From Amphiscolops sp. MND2022 (Eukaryota), in NCBI GenBank assembly GCA_964187785.1, contig OZ076409.1:96846001-96910000 (forward strand): DNA of 64,000 nt, read 5' to 3'. Under the pieces are notes generated by a model, which worked only from the letters and a program-made list of their open reading frames with translations, was not told the origin of the DNA and made no database searches. A program made the translations under genes and the position numbers. Positions within the stretch are counted from its first letter, which is position 1. Each line of letters starts with the position of its first letter. Below, in pieces: positions 48,344 to 59,450 of this stretch.

Positions 48344-49992
48344 TCCTTCGATGACGAAGGTTTTGGGTTTCGGGGGTTTATGGGTTTGTTTGATTTTTTG
48401 TATTCCTCAATGAGTTTTTGTTGTGTTTCTGTCAAAGTCCACTTGGGCGGACGGTTCTCCATGTTCGCTCCAAAGTAACAATTGGGTTCTTCGTGACCTG
48501 TAGTGTTACAATGAGAACATCTTGGTGCGTCTGGATCTTTGTCCATTTTTTGTCGTTTTGCAAGTTTAGGACACTCTTTGGCTGTGTGACCTTCTTCTTT
48601 GCAATATCGGCATTGGTTGTTTTGTAATGTGTTATTAGGGACTGTGTTTGGAGTTTTGGTCTTCGGTTTAGTATTTTGTGATGTTATTTTAGTGGTTTGT
48701 TCACTTGATTGTTGTTTAACCACAGTCATTTGTGTTTTGACAAGAGATTCATCTGCTTCGAGTCCATTGAGTTCCATTTCTCGTTCTAAGTGTCGTACAA
48801 TTTGTTCGTATGTACCATTTTCGAGGTACGCCTGATTGATGGATTTTTTGAGATGGGGAGGCATTTTTGCGTAAATTAGGCTTTCAATCATTTGAGGTGC
48901 TGCTTCCCCAAATGCTTTTTCCGCACTCTCTTGTAGGTCTTCAAGGAAGTCGGGTAATTTCTGATTTTCGTGTTGGAACATAAGCCTGTTGAATCTGTGT
49001 TTGGCGGAAGCGCTAGATTCAGGCTTAACATATTTCCTTCGGAAAACCACTAGAATGTCTTCGAGTGTGGTGGCAGGGGTTCGTTGTATGTTTTTGAAAG
49101 TTTTCAATGCTAGCCCTCTGAGATGGGCGTGGAAGTGATTGATTTTCATCTCTTCAGTGAGATGTGGTTGCATTTTGAGTGTTGTATGGAAGAGATCTTC
49201 GAAGTACTCAAACTTCTCATTTTTCTCTAGTTTACCATTGAATGTAAGGGTGTTTTTCGGGTGAAACAGAGAAGGTTCTGGGTTTTTTCGTGCGGGTTTT
49301 TCGATTGCTTGAGCAATCTGGCTTACAGGGTCTGATGGTTCAGGATGCTCGAGAAGGAGTTCTGCGTGTGGTCCAGGTGTGTTGTTTGTATTAGAGTTAG
49401 TAGAGCTTTGTCTCAGGATGTTCTTGGTAGGTCCTGTCACCATGTGATAATCGGCTTCCGGTCTATTTTCATTTATTATGATCGTGTCATTTAAGGTTTC
49501 ATTTACTAGTCCAAAAGGAGTTGTTGGTTGTCTCAATTCATGCATTTCTGAGGACTGAAAGCGATTATCCTGATCTCTGTCAATTTCATTGTTAGATGCG
49601 TGTTTTTTCCTGAGATGTCTATTTTCTGAGTTCGAAGTACTGGGCCTATTGTTCTCGGCACCCTCGTCGTCATCTGCTACATTGTTTTCTTTATTTGTCC
49701 TAATTTCTTTAAGTATTTCTTCAAATTTGCTATTCAGTTGTTGCTCAATCTGTGACATCTTGTGATTGTTTTGTTCAGACAGTCTTTGGGTGATTGCTTC
49801 TATTTCATTGCTTATTTGTGACGGTTCCGTCAATTCACTGCCTAAGTTCCTGTCAAAAATGTTATTAACATTTCCAGCAACATCAACTAAAGTCGCATTA
49901 CCTTGAGTGAAGCTCGCTTCTGAGATGTTTTCTTCCCTATCTGATGACTGAGATTCTACTCTTCTCGAACGTCTATTTCTTTTGTTTCCCAT
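48334..49992 (-). CDS. gag: Gag (552 aa), two CCHC knuckles, starts 550 nt inside the 5' LTR
   Basis: CRYCKEEGHTAKEC and CSHCNTTGHEEPNC; capsid-like core; frame continuous across the LTR/PBS junction (DYH|MVTG). Confidence 0.93.
   Translation of the reverse strand: MGNKRNRRSRRVESQSSDREENISEASFTQGNATLVDVAGNVNNIFDRNLGSELTEPSQISNEIEAITQRLSEQNNHKMSQIEQQLNSKFEEILKEIRTNKENNVADDDEGAENNRPSTSNSENRHLRKKHASNNEIDRDQDNRFQSSEMHELRQPTTPFGLVNETLNDTIIINENRPEADYHMVTGPTKNILRQSSTNSNTNNTPGPHAELLLEHPEPSDPVSQIAQAIEKPARKNPEPSLFHPKNTLTFNGKLEKNEKFEYFEDLFHTTLKMQPHLTEEMKINHFHAHLRGLALKTFKNIQRTPATTLEDILVVFRRKYVKPESSASAKHRFNRLMFQHENQKLPDFLEDLQESAEKAFGEAAPQMIESLIYAKMPPHLKKSINQAYLENGTYEQIVRHLEREMELNGLEADESLVKTQMTVVKQQSSEQTTKITSQNTKPKTKTPNTVPNNTLQNNQCRYCKEEGHTAKECPKLAKRQKMDKDPDAPRCSHCNTTGHEEPNCYFGANMENRPPKWTLTETQQKLIEEYKKSNKPINPRNPKPSSSKDLN
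48337..48343 (-). promoter_or_regulatory. -1 ribosomal frameshift slippery heptamer T TTA AAC
   Basis: Directly before the gag stop, in the correct register; pol is in the -1 frame. Confidence 0.85.
49432..49442 (-). promoter_or_regulatory. Primer binding site TGGTGACAGGA (tRNA-Leu-like acceptor stem, tentative)
   Basis: TGG directly after the LTR-terminal CA. Confidence 0.75.
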
Positions 49993-51272
49993 GATGAAAA
50001 CAATGTTTGGGTGAAAGAAATCTTTGAATTACAAAGATATTGGGCAAAATGAAACTGGTGAAGTTATCTTTACAGAGAAAGAGAACTGCAAAGTTTGGGG
50101 ATTTGAGGGTCGCTTGTGGAGTTGGGTGACTGTATCGCGAATGAGAATTTTGTTGAATGATTATGGGAAAATCAGTTTTAGAAGCGCTCTTGAAAAATGA
50201 TTTCATTGGGTGTTATTTTTAGTAGCATGACCACCAATTTTATGTAAATCATCATAACGTCATGTTTCTAGGGTGGAAAACTAAAAATAGATCATGACAT
50301 CACATCCCTAGAAAGTCTAAATATAACACTGCAATTACAGCGGAATGACTGTATGAAATGCATATTTTATGCTGTTTTTACCATGAGTCTGCATATGCTG
50401 TTTCAAGAAAACTGCATAATACAGTATAATATACTAGCACCACCGCGTAGGTGTTCATTATGCTGTTTCCACCTTTATTCATCATACTGTTTTTACGAAG
50501 TCTCCGCATAAAGCGCATAATGCGTCATAATGTGTGAGCACCAGTGTGAATAATCGTTATGCTGTTTTAGGTTATAAACGTCATGCTATTCTCTCGAATA
50601 TACTGCGTATACTATCCCTAGGCCAGAACATCATGCTGTTTTTGCGTGATTTCCGCATATGTTGTTTTAAAACTAAATCATCATGATGGTTCACTAAAAA
50701 TACTGCATATGCTGTAACATACAAACTGCATAAGGCAGTATAATTTCCAAGCACAATACGTGTGAATAGTTATGCTGTTTTATGACTGAAACATCCTACT
50801 GATTGTGTGCAAGAACTGTATAAATTAGTTATAATTCCCTGGTTACTTCGTAAAACTTTACGATTACATATAACCTTGTTTCCTTCGATAAACTACGAAT
50901 GAAAATGGGAATTGGGTCTTGCTCATGTAGTAACAGTGTTACTAATGGCTAGTTTATTGGGTAACGGGTTTTCTCTTTTTTCTTTGGGTTTCACAACGGA
51001 AAAATCGTTGTTCTGATAGACTAACAAAACATCAGGCCGTATAAATCAACAACATTGAACATTCTAACTAAACAACAGTGAGAAAGAAAGCAACGTGAAC
51101 GATTGTTTGAAAACAGAATCTAAGTTTTGAAATAGTTCAATTGTTTTTCCAAAGTTTATGATCTCGGAGAGTTCTGGGGTTGTTTCTTCGGGTCTAGTAG
51201 AGCTTGAAGGAGCAGATTGGTCTGTTCACCTGTGCTGCACACCGGACATCTCGCAGGGATAAGCCGGCGACA
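49443..51272 (-). repeat. 5' LTR of Gypsy element (1830 bp)
   Basis: Direct repeat of 34480-36359; adjacent PBS. Confidence 0.97.
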
Positions 51273-51839
51273 TCTAATTTAAAAAAGAAAACGACCGAGG
51301 AAATATGTTATTATCGTGTCAATACCTTTCCATTGATTGAATCTTTACAACATGGAATTTTACAACTTAACTTATTATAATTCTATCTTTAGAACTAGGT
51401 GAGGAATAATTGGATATTGTGTCAAACACGACATACTTGTACTCCAGCTAGTATTATTTGATCCCTGATAATTGCATTCCAGAATAACTCATTTAATACC
51501 AATTTTTCAATTCCAATTTTTCTTTTAAGTCGTCATGAGCCACAAGATGAAACAAAAAATCTCTTAGGGAATTGATTTCTGACCATATTTCTCATTCCCC
51601 CACACCAGGTATACCTGGTTTCCCTAGTTGAGACTGCAGCAGGAACTTTTTACATGCTGCAGGCCTCCATGCAGGGTAAGTGTTTATAACGTGCAGTTTA
51701 TTACGCGTTTGGAGTTATTTTGCATTAAAATGGCTGTTCAACTGAGAGCGATTTATTTATTTTCAAAATTAAATTAGCTTCTTAATGAAACCTGCAAAAC
51801 TTCAATGCTCAAAATTGCCGCCAAAACTTTGATGAATCT

Positions 51840-52759
51840 TGTAACGGCTGCTTGCCTTTATCCTGCGCTGAGGCTTGACAAGCTTTACGCCGCCCTGATC
51901 CGTTGCTTAGTGCTGTGGACCGTCACTAAACAATTCCTGGTTTCTTATTTTAAAGGACTGTATCTTTTGACTGGTGGGTCCGATGTGACCCGTGGAATCT
52001 CCTGCGATTCCTCTGTTCACTGAATTGGATCCGATGTGATCCTGCACACACTTCCCTCACTGTATCTTCACGCGCTCCGGCTCTCCAACTATGAGAGTAG
52101 CTACTTAGTCGCTCTAACTCTAGCGAAAAGTTGTGAAGATTGAGAAGTTGATTATTAAGTCTTGCGGTCCTGAGACCCAACTTGACTATAGCTATTCAGT
52201 GGAGAAAATCTCTATCTAATAATAGTATACATATCGTTTACAATTCTACAGTAAATATAAGCAAATATCAGTTAAAATATGTTGTATAAATAAATGACAT
52301 TTAAGTGAATTATTAAAGTTATTGGCTATGTAAACAAAGCACATGGTGGTTTTGGCATGTTGGTTAGGTGGGTTAGAAAGTATGTTTACACTATGTAAAC
52401 ATTATCAATTCAACAGAGTTACATTCTAATGTGGTCATATAGGTAAATAACAAAGTTTACATTTTTGGTTCAATGACCTTGAATACTACACATGTGAGGG
52501 GTAAAGGGGGTTATAATGGGGGAATGAACTTGAAACTTAGCCGGTGTGTTCGTGTTAGGTATCTGCGTATGTGTGCCAAGTTTCAAGTCTCTACGGTTAT
52601 TAGTTGCAGAGAAAACCCTGACTGGGGGGGGGGTTTCGATTTTATGACGATTGACTTTTCTTCAAATTTTCATCTAAGTTTTTAGGAGTTTAAGTTCTCG
52701 TATCTCAACCAACATGTTCTGAATCGAGTTTCTCTGCCTTCTGATGACTGGCGCCAACA
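51840..52759 (-). repeat. 3' LTR of BEL/Pao element (920 bp)
   Basis: Direct repeat of 59451-60369. Confidence 0.97.
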
Positions 52760-55700
52760 TTGCCGGCCCTGTTTTTCTCCCGAAAAACACTTTCGTAGAA
52801 CATGGGTGCCAGTTTCACTACTGGTCTTTTGAGTTTTCCATCTTCCGTTTTCACCAGCGCTGATCTCACTCGCCCATCGCTTCCATGATAGACTTCCAAC
52901 AATCTACCCATCTTGTAGTGTGCTCTTTTTACATTCTCGTCCACTATCCAAACCAAATCATTGACTTCCAGTTGTCTAACTTCTTCTTTATTCCATTTAG
53001 ATCTCTCATTCCATTGGGGTAAATATTCTCTATTCCATCTGCTCCAAATCATGTCTGCGTATGCTTGTGATACTCTGAATACTCTTCTCAGATCTGTATA
53101 TCGCTGAGCGTCAGGAATAAATGGGGTTGCTGGACTTGCACGTCCTAGCAGGAAGTGATTTGGAGTCAAAGCTTCCAAATCTTCCGGATCATCACTGGCA
53201 CTAGTCAGAGGTCTCGAATTCAATATCTGCTCGACTAGACACATAGTTGTGGATAGTACATCATCTGTCAGTGTTCTGTTTCCGACTATTGCCATCATAG
53301 CTTTCTTGCAGCTTCTGACCATTCGCTCCCAAACACCTCCAAAATGCGGCGCACCTGGGGGGTTGAACTTCCATTTTATTTGCTTTAGAGCCAAAGACTG
53401 CTCAATATCTGATTGATTCCAAGCTTCTATCCATTCTCGCATTTCTCTTGCTGCGCCCACGAAATTTGTTCCATTGTCACTTAGAATGACGTTGGGTTTT
53501 CCTCTTCGTGCCATGAATCTCGTAATTGCAGCAAGACATGCGTCGGCTTCCAGGCTGGGCACGACTTCAATATGCACAGCTCTTGTTGTTAAACATGTGA
53601 ATAGACAACACCATCGTTTCATTGATTTCCTCATGAATCTCACTTCGAATGGTCCAAAATAGTCTACTCCAGTATTGGCAAAAGGGAAAACTTTTTCTTC
53701 CAATCTTTCTTTAGGTAGGTCTGCCATGAAAGGTTGAACTCCTCCAACTTGTTGCTTTCTGCACTTAACACACTTCAATTTCACATTTCTGAGCGCGTTT
53801 CGGAGTCCAATTATCCAGTAATTTTGCTGCAAAATACTGCGAACATACTCTGCTCCTTCATGATAGTTACTTTCGTGAGCATCTTCAATCAATTTCCTCA
53901 CTATTGGATGCTTCGCAGATAGCAAAATTGGATGTTTCATTTCATAACTGGCATCAGCGTGACGCAGTCGTCCTCTTAATCGCATGAGGTTCTGATCGTC
54001 CATAAATGGTGATAGTTTGTTCAAGTGATCAAATGCCGCCAGGGGTTTACCTGCGGCCAATGCTTGATAACTTTGACAGAAGCTTTCCATCTGACTTTTC
54101 CTCAGTAATAGTCGGATCACTTGCTGCATTTCTTCTGTTATTACCACCTTTCCTTTGATTTTTGATTTGAACCGAAGGCAATAGGCGAAGATCCGGGTCA
54201 TTCTTCTGAAGGAACCGAACTTCTCCCAATCAATGTCTTTTTCTTCTGACACGACTTCAAAGACTTGCTCTATGTCTTCTGTTTTCTGCTGAAACAACTG
54301 TGGTGAGGTTTGTGGCCAAGCATCTTCCTTTTCTTGAAGCCATGCCGGCCCTGTGAACCACTCGCTCTTTTCTAATTCGTGGACGGATTTTCCTCTTGTT
54401 CCAATGTCGGCAGGGTTTAAGGTTCCTTCGACATGTCTCCACTGATCAATAGTTGAACTGTCAAGGATTTCAGCGACTCTATTCGCTACAAACACCGGTT
54501 GTTTCTTGTCAGCTCCATGCAACCATTGCAAAACGGTTGTCGAATCCGTCCAAAAGAAAGTTCGTTCAACTTGAATGTCGTGTTCGTCTACGATCAGTTG
54601 TTTTAATCGGGTTCCATACATAGCTGCTTGTAGCTCTAGTCGGGGAATTGATTGTTGCTTCATTGGCGCTACTCGGCATTTCCCTAACACATAGGCAAGC
54701 TCTCCAGTTTGTTGATCTCGAAAGTAGGCAACTATGCACATGGCTTCCAGGGATGCATCGGCGAAAATATGCAAGTCCACTACTTCAGCATTTTTCGATA
54801 GATATTTTCTTTTGATAGCCATTTCATTCATGTGACTCAACTCCGATGCCCAATCCTTGAAAGCAATCTCGTCTTCTGGAGAAACTTGTTCGTCCCACGA
54901 TTGCCCATGCTTCTTCCAAATTCCTTTGAGCAACAATCTCATTCTCACTGTGAAGGGGGAAAACAATCCCAACGGGTCAAACACAGAGGATACGTGAGAT
55001 AGAACAGTTCTCTGAGTGATCTTGACAGGCACCTCTTTTCCCGTACCGCGGCAAATCTCAAGACTGTCTGACTCCACATTCCACTGGAGTCCCAAGATAG
55101 AGGGTGCCAAGGGTTCAGCTTCGAATGTTTTACTTAGCGCGTCTGATCTATCTTCAGAAGGAATTTCTTCCATTACTTTCTCTGAGTTGCAGATCCATTT
55201 CGTTAGTTGAAAGCCACGATCCGCTAAGGATTTTCGCAAGCACTTATACGCTTCCACAGCTTCTTCCCTCGAAGCTACTGACTTCACAAAATCGTCCATA
55301 TAGAAGTTTCTGTTGATCAACTTTGCAACCATCCCATTGTCATCTCTGCTGTCTCGTCCGACTTGTTGCAAAGCGTAGTTGACACATGTTGGCGAACTCT
55401 TAGCTCCAAAAATGTGTCTTCCATATTCATACACAGAGATAGGGTCAGTGTGGTTTTCTCTCCACAAAAATCTCAGTACTCTGCAATCAGTAGGGGGTAC
55501 TTTCACTTGGAGAAACATTGCTTCGACGTCTGCTGTCAGGGCGATTTCCTTTTCCCTGAATCTGAAGATAATTCCTATCAGCGATTGTAGGAGGTCTGGA
55601 CCGGCCATCAAGTTATCATTCAGCGAAACACCTCCGAACTTTGAGGCAGCGTTGCACACTCGTCTCACTTTGTCCGGCTTGTTCGGGTTCAGCACAGGGA

Positions 55701-58700
55701 GATGCGGAACATACCACTGAAGTTCTGAATTAGTGTTTTCAAGCTCTGCTTCGTCCAAAACTCGCACAAAGCCCTTTTGTACGTCCACATCAATTGTCTC
55801 TTTGTAGCGTTGTTTCAAGTTCGCATCCTTTTCCAGTCGGCGCTCGAGAGACTTCAATTGACTTACTGCCGAACTGTAATTGTTTGGCAAATGCGGCTTT
55901 GCATTTTTCCAAAGTAGCCCGACCTCGTATCTCTTTCCGTCGAACTTCGTGGTTGCTTTGAGCATTTCGAGGGCTCGCTCGTCTTCCTTGGACCTTCCGG
56001 ATACGCTGCAATTGGAAGCATACGATTCCATGCTCCACCAAGACTTCACTTGATCCGCTAACGGGTCCACTTCTGCTGCAACTAGACTTTCAGTTGCGAG
56101 CTTTGCTGTCTCTTGCTGAGGCAATGGACCACTGAGCATCCATCCCAGCTTCGTTCGCACTGCCCAGGGCTTGGCGTTTCCACACTTTCTATAGTCGATT
56201 GCTCTATGCAAGTGGTAGCAATCTTGGCCCAAGATGACTTTCACATCTTTCAGGTTGATGGTAGAATCTTTCAGCACTGACAGGTGTGGATAATCTTCCT
56301 TCAATTTCTTGAGGTTGTACGTTCGATTTCCTGCATTTACGTCGGGATGACTATAGGCCATGATATCTTCTTTGACTTTTCCGTCCTGATCTCCAATCTT
56401 GACTCGAAGTCGTTTACTACTAATATCTGACGTTCCATGAATCCCTGCAACATTCAAATCCACTGGCTGTCCCGTCAGATTTAGCGCTTTCATCAGGCTC
56501 TCGTCCACAAAGGACAGGATTGCTCCAGAGTCACACAAAGCGAACGTTTTCACAGTTTTGCTCCCACTCCCTATCGATACTGGAATGACTGGAAGCACTC
56601 CACTGCTTCTCATTGAGGACAGGTTTGAGACCTCATCGACATTTTCAACATTTTTCTTTTGTTCCACATTCTTGTATGGTCTGTGTAGCAATCTGTGATG
56701 GGGTTTTCCGCAACCATTCACATCGCAGAGTCTACCAGAGCAATTTCTCATCTGATGTGCGTCTGACAAGCATTTGAAGCACAATTTCAGCTCTTTCGCC
56801 TTTTGTCCCCTTTCTTCGACGTTCATCTTCTTGAACTTCTCACATTTCCATATTGGATGTTTGCCATCTTTCAGCGCACACTCTCGCTGGTATTTTGAGT
56901 TGTCACTGGTTGTGTTTGTTGTTGATGTGGCAAACGTGGAGCATTTGGTCTTTTCCTTGTAGTTCGACTTCGCGCGATCAGCATTCGGGTTTGAAGACAA
57001 AAGCAATTCGTCTTGAACATCTGCTATATCATTGAGCCATTCACTGAACACAGCGAGTCCAGGTTGACACAGGTTCATTTGCTTGACATAAGTGAGCCAC
57101 TTCGTTTTCATGTCCAGTGTTAACTTCCTTGTGGCACTGCCCAGAACTCCTTCTGAGTTTAGGTCTCCCACGTAGTTGAATTGTGTCAAAACATTCACGC
57201 AACTCGACACTATTCTCGCAAACTTGATCAATGCTGCTCCGTCATACGGTTTCATCGGTGGAAAGGAGTATATTCGCTTCAGCTGAGCATTCACAACCAT
57301 CTGCGGTTTTCCAAAGTTTCGAACTAGAACGTTCCACGCCACATTGTACATCTCAGCGGTGTACCCAAGGCCAGCAATCGCCTCTTTGGCTTTGCCCGTT
57401 ACCATTGTTTTCAAGTGATTCATTTTTACACTGTCGTCCATGTTTGCTGCGTGGACGGTTGCCTGAAACAGTTGTGACCACTCTGGCCACTCCAATGGGT
57501 CACCTGAAAACTCTGCCAGCTTCAGTTTTGGCAAGCTGGATCTGATGTAGTAGTCATCTCTCGCATTTGACACTATGTTTGGCCCTTGACTTGGCATATA
57601 CTGCTTCTGTGTGTTCGCAAGCTGTGGTACTTGAAATGCACCACTCTGGATGCCTCCAAACGTAGGCGGTAACCGATTCGGGTCTGCACTGAGAGTCATC
57701 GACGGCTTCGATGGGGCGAATTTCACTTCTGGTTGTGCTGTTGCACTTTGACTGACAGCATCTATGACAGTCTTTGTTCTGTGCTTTCCAATACCTCGAC
57801 TAGCGGCTTCGGTGGATATAGTCGGTTTCACTGGAGGGTTCAAGTCCCTCACTAGCGCGGAGCATTGTCCTTCATGCATCGATTGTACTGTTACTACTGG
57901 TGCTGAGACGGACGTTTGCTGGTATACAGATGGCACGTTAGTCGTCGATGCCACGTTTTCAGCTTCTTCTGTCTTGTCCATCCAATCTGAGACTTTCGTC
58001 AGGTTGTCGTCTGGAGTCTCGACTGGTGAGATACTCCGGAAACTAGACCCACAACTACTCGGAACTTTCGCCATCTCTATTTCTTTTTCGGCTATTTTGG
58101 CTTTGCGGGCCAGCTTTTCTTGTAAGTCTGCTATTTCATTCTGTTCCGCATTGCGTCTGAGTTTCTCCAGGCGACTTTGCAATTCTTCTTGCTCTTTCAA
58201 AGCGTTTAGTTCCAAATCGAGAACTCGTCTTGCACTTGATGTTTTTGAAATCACAGACGTTTTGTTGCTTTTGGTTCTTTTACTTCGCGAGTGTATGCTC
58301 AATTCTTCTATTGGCAATGATCTAGCACATTTGTTTCGCTCTTGGCTGTCATCCGCGTTATAACCATTGTCTTCTTTCTGCTCCTCGTCTGGTTCGGGCT
58401 CCTTTTGTGTTGAAGTGTCATTTCTACTTGATTTGTCTGCGGCTACGCTTGCGCGAACGTCTGCCAGTCTTTGTTCGGCGTCTTCAAGGCTTCGCAAAAT
58501 GGCTCCAGCTTCTCCTGACTTTAGGAGAGCTTCAATTTTCAATTTAAGGTCAGACCTCTCTTGAAGCAATTCTTGACATGCTGCTGCGTAATCTTCTTCG
58601 GCGTCCTCGCCGTTTTCAATTCGTTCCTCGCGCAACTTTTCGTTGTGGGCGATTCTTTCATCAATAGCACGTTTCTTTTCTTCAAGATCCAGATAGTTCA

Positions 58701-59088
58701 GTATCTGATTTTCATCTTGCAATGCTGACATCAGTATTATCAACTTTCCAATGCTAGAGTTTTGTTGCTGCAACTCAACAAATCGACTCTTTATCACTTG
58801 GATCACTGTTGAGAACATTTCGGTTATCTGGGGTTGGTACTTGATTTTGATTGCATTTTGGACTGCCTTAAAGAGTCGTTCTCGCCTGTTTATGACATCT
58901 ATTCGTCGTAACAGTAGCTCTGCTATCTGTTTGTTGTCATCATTCCTAGCTAGGTTTTCATCAATTGTTCTGATAGTCTCGCCGTGCTCGTACGCTGCAT
59001 TCCAATGACTCACAATTTGGGCCGCGTCTGCAGAGTTCTTCAGAAAGTTTTCAACTTTGTTGATATCAAACCGTTTTGGTTGAGCCAT
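52705..59088 (-). CDS. BEL/Pao Gag-Pol polyprotein (2127 aa), intact; stop lies inside the 3' LTR
   Basis: KLKLAEFSGDPLEW Gag start, triple Cys-His array (CFKCLSDAH...CGKPHHRLLH), DSGA protease, FYMDD RT, FADAS RNase H, HH-CC and DDE integrase, RPVVKL end. Confidence 0.97.
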   Translation of the reverse strand: MAQPKRFDINKVENFLKNSADAAQIVSHWNAAYEHGETIRTIDENLARNDDNKQIAELLLRRIDVINRRERLFKAVQNAIKIKYQPQITEMFSTVIQVIKSRFVELQQQNSSIGKLIILMSALQDENQILNYLDLEEKKRAIDERIAHNEKLREERIENGEDAEEDYAAACQELLQERSDLKLKIEALLKSGEAGAILRSLEDAEQRLADVRASVAADKSSRNDTSTQKEPEPDEEQKEDNGYNADDSQERNKCARSLPIEELSIHSRSKRTKSNKTSVISKTSSARRVLDLELNALKEQEELQSRLEKLRRNAEQNEIADLQEKLARKAKIAEKEIEMAKVPSSCGSSFRSISPVETPDDNLTKVSDWMDKTEEAENVASTTNVPSVYQQTSVSAPVVTVQSMHEGQCSALVRDLNPPVKPTISTEAASRGIGKHRTKTVIDAVSQSATAQPEVKFAPSKPSMTLSADPNRLPPTFGGIQSGAFQVPQLANTQKQYMPSQGPNIVSNARDDYYIRSSLPKLKLAEFSGDPLEWPEWSQLFQATVHAANMDDSVKMNHLKTMVTGKAKEAIAGLGYTAEMYNVAWNVLVRNFGKPQMVVNAQLKRIYSFPPMKPYDGAALIKFARIVSSCVNVLTQFNYVGDLNSEGVLGSATRKLTLDMKTKWLTYVKQMNLCQPGLAVFSEWLNDIADVQDELLLSSNPNADRAKSNYKEKTKCSTFATSTTNTTSDNSKYQRECALKDGKHPIWKCEKFKKMNVEERGQKAKELKLCFKCLSDAHQMRNCSGRLCDVNGCGKPHHRLLHRPYKNVEQKKNVENVDEVSNLSSMRSSGVLPVIPVSIGSGSKTVKTFALCDSGAILSFVDESLMKALNLTGQPVDLNVAGIHGTSDISSKRLRVKIGDQDGKVKEDIMAYSHPDVNAGNRTYNLKKLKEDYPHLSVLKDSTINLKDVKVILGQDCYHLHRAIDYRKCGNAKPWAVRTKLGWMLSGPLPQQETAKLATESLVAAEVDPLADQVKSWWSMESYASNCSVSGRSKEDERALEMLKATTKFDGKRYEVGLLWKNAKPHLPNNYSSAVSQLKSLERRLEKDANLKQRYKETIDVDVQKGFVRVLDEAELENTNSELQWYVPHLPVLNPNKPDKVRRVCNAASKFGGVSLNDNLMAGPDLLQSLIGIIFRFREKEIALTADVEAMFLQVKVPPTDCRVLRFLWRENHTDPISVYEYGRHIFGAKSSPTCVNYALQQVGRDSRDDNGMVAKLINRNFYMDDFVKSVASREEAVEAYKCLRKSLADRGFQLTKWICNSEKVMEEIPSEDRSDALSKTFEAEPLAPSILGLQWNVESDSLEICRGTGKEVPVKITQRTVLSHVSSVFDPLGLFSPFTVRMRLLLKGIWKKHGQSWDEQVSPEDEIAFKDWASELSHMNEMAIKRKYLSKNAEVVDLHIFADASLEAMCIVAYFRDQQTGELAYVLGKCRVAPMKQQSIPRLELQAAMYGTRLKQLIVDEHDIQVERTFFWTDSTTVLQWLHGADKKQPVFVANRVAEILDSSTIDQWRHVEGTLNPADIGTRGKSVHELEKSEWFTGPAWLQEKEDAWPQTSPQLFQQKTEDIEQVFEVVSEEKDIDWEKFGSFRRMTRIFAYCLRFKSKIKGKVVITEEMQQVIRLLLRKSQMESFCQSYQALAAGKPLAAFDHLNKLSPFMDDQNLMRLRGRLRHADASYEMKHPILLSAKHPIVRKLIEDAHESNYHEGAEYVRSILQQNYWIIGLRNALRNVKLKCVKCRKQQVGGVQPFMADLPKERLEEKVFPFANTGVDYFGPFEVRFMRKSMKRWCCLFTCLTTRAVHIEVVPSLEADACLAAITRFMARRGKPNVILSDNGTNFVGAAREMREWIEAWNQSDIEQSLALKQIKWKFNPPGAPHFGGVWERMVRSCKKAMMAIVGNRTLTDDVLSTTMCLVEQILNSRPLTSASDDPEDLEALTPNHFLLGRASPATPFIPDAQRYTDLRRVFRVSQAYADMIWSRWNREYLPQWNERSKWNKEEVRQLEVNDLVWIVDENVKRAHYKMGRLLEVYHGSDGRVRSALVKTEDGKLKRPVVKLAPMFYESVFREKNRAGNVGASHQKAEKLDSEHVG

Positions 59089-59112
59089 TTTTTTCTCTTC
59101 TCAGTTCCCAAA

Positions 59113-59312
59113 GTCACAATAGCCCAAACTCCCAGAGACACAATAGCCCACTCTCCCAGCGACACAGTAGCCCAATCTCCCAGAGACACAGTAGCCCAAT
59201 CTCCCAGAGACACAGTAGCCCAATCTCCCAGAGACACAATAGCCCACTCTCCCAGAGACACAGTAGCCCAATCTCCCAGAGACACAGTAGCCCAATCTCC
59301 CAGAGACACAGT
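59113..59312. repeat. 24-bp tandem repeat x8 plus a partial unit in the BEL 5' leader
   Basis: Unit GACACAGTAGCCCAATCTCCCAGA. Confidence 0.95.
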
Positions 59313-59431
59313 GGCAGCGACTCCAAGATCCAGACACTTGTTCTTCTTGGGCAATCTTCTCAGTTGTCCACCAACGAGTCGTCTTCGTCCTCGTCTTCTT
59401 CTGCTAGTCCGGGTCGTCCACCAACGAGTTG

Positions 59432-59448
59432 TCCGGGTCGGCGGACCA
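59432..59448 (-). promoter_or_regulatory. Primer binding site TGGTCCGCCGACCCGGA (tRNA-Tyr-like)
   Basis: 2 nt from the 5' LTR; resembles the TGGTCCTTCGAGCCGGA tRNA-Tyr PBS common in BEL elements. Confidence 0.75.
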
Positions 59449-59450
59449 AA

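Larger units (their letters stand above)
34480..51272 (-). mobile_element. Full-length 16.8-kb Ty3/Gypsy LTR retrotransposon with two accessory genes
   Basis: TG...CA LTRs 34480-36359 and 49443-51272; 5-bp TSD TCTAA (34475-34479, 51273-51277); gag, then pol in PR-RT-RH-IN order. Confidence 0.97.

Noticed and set aside
51273..51839. TSDs TCTAA and AATCT are mirror images
   Set aside because: Mirror (not reverse-complement) relation in AT-rich DNA; most likely chance
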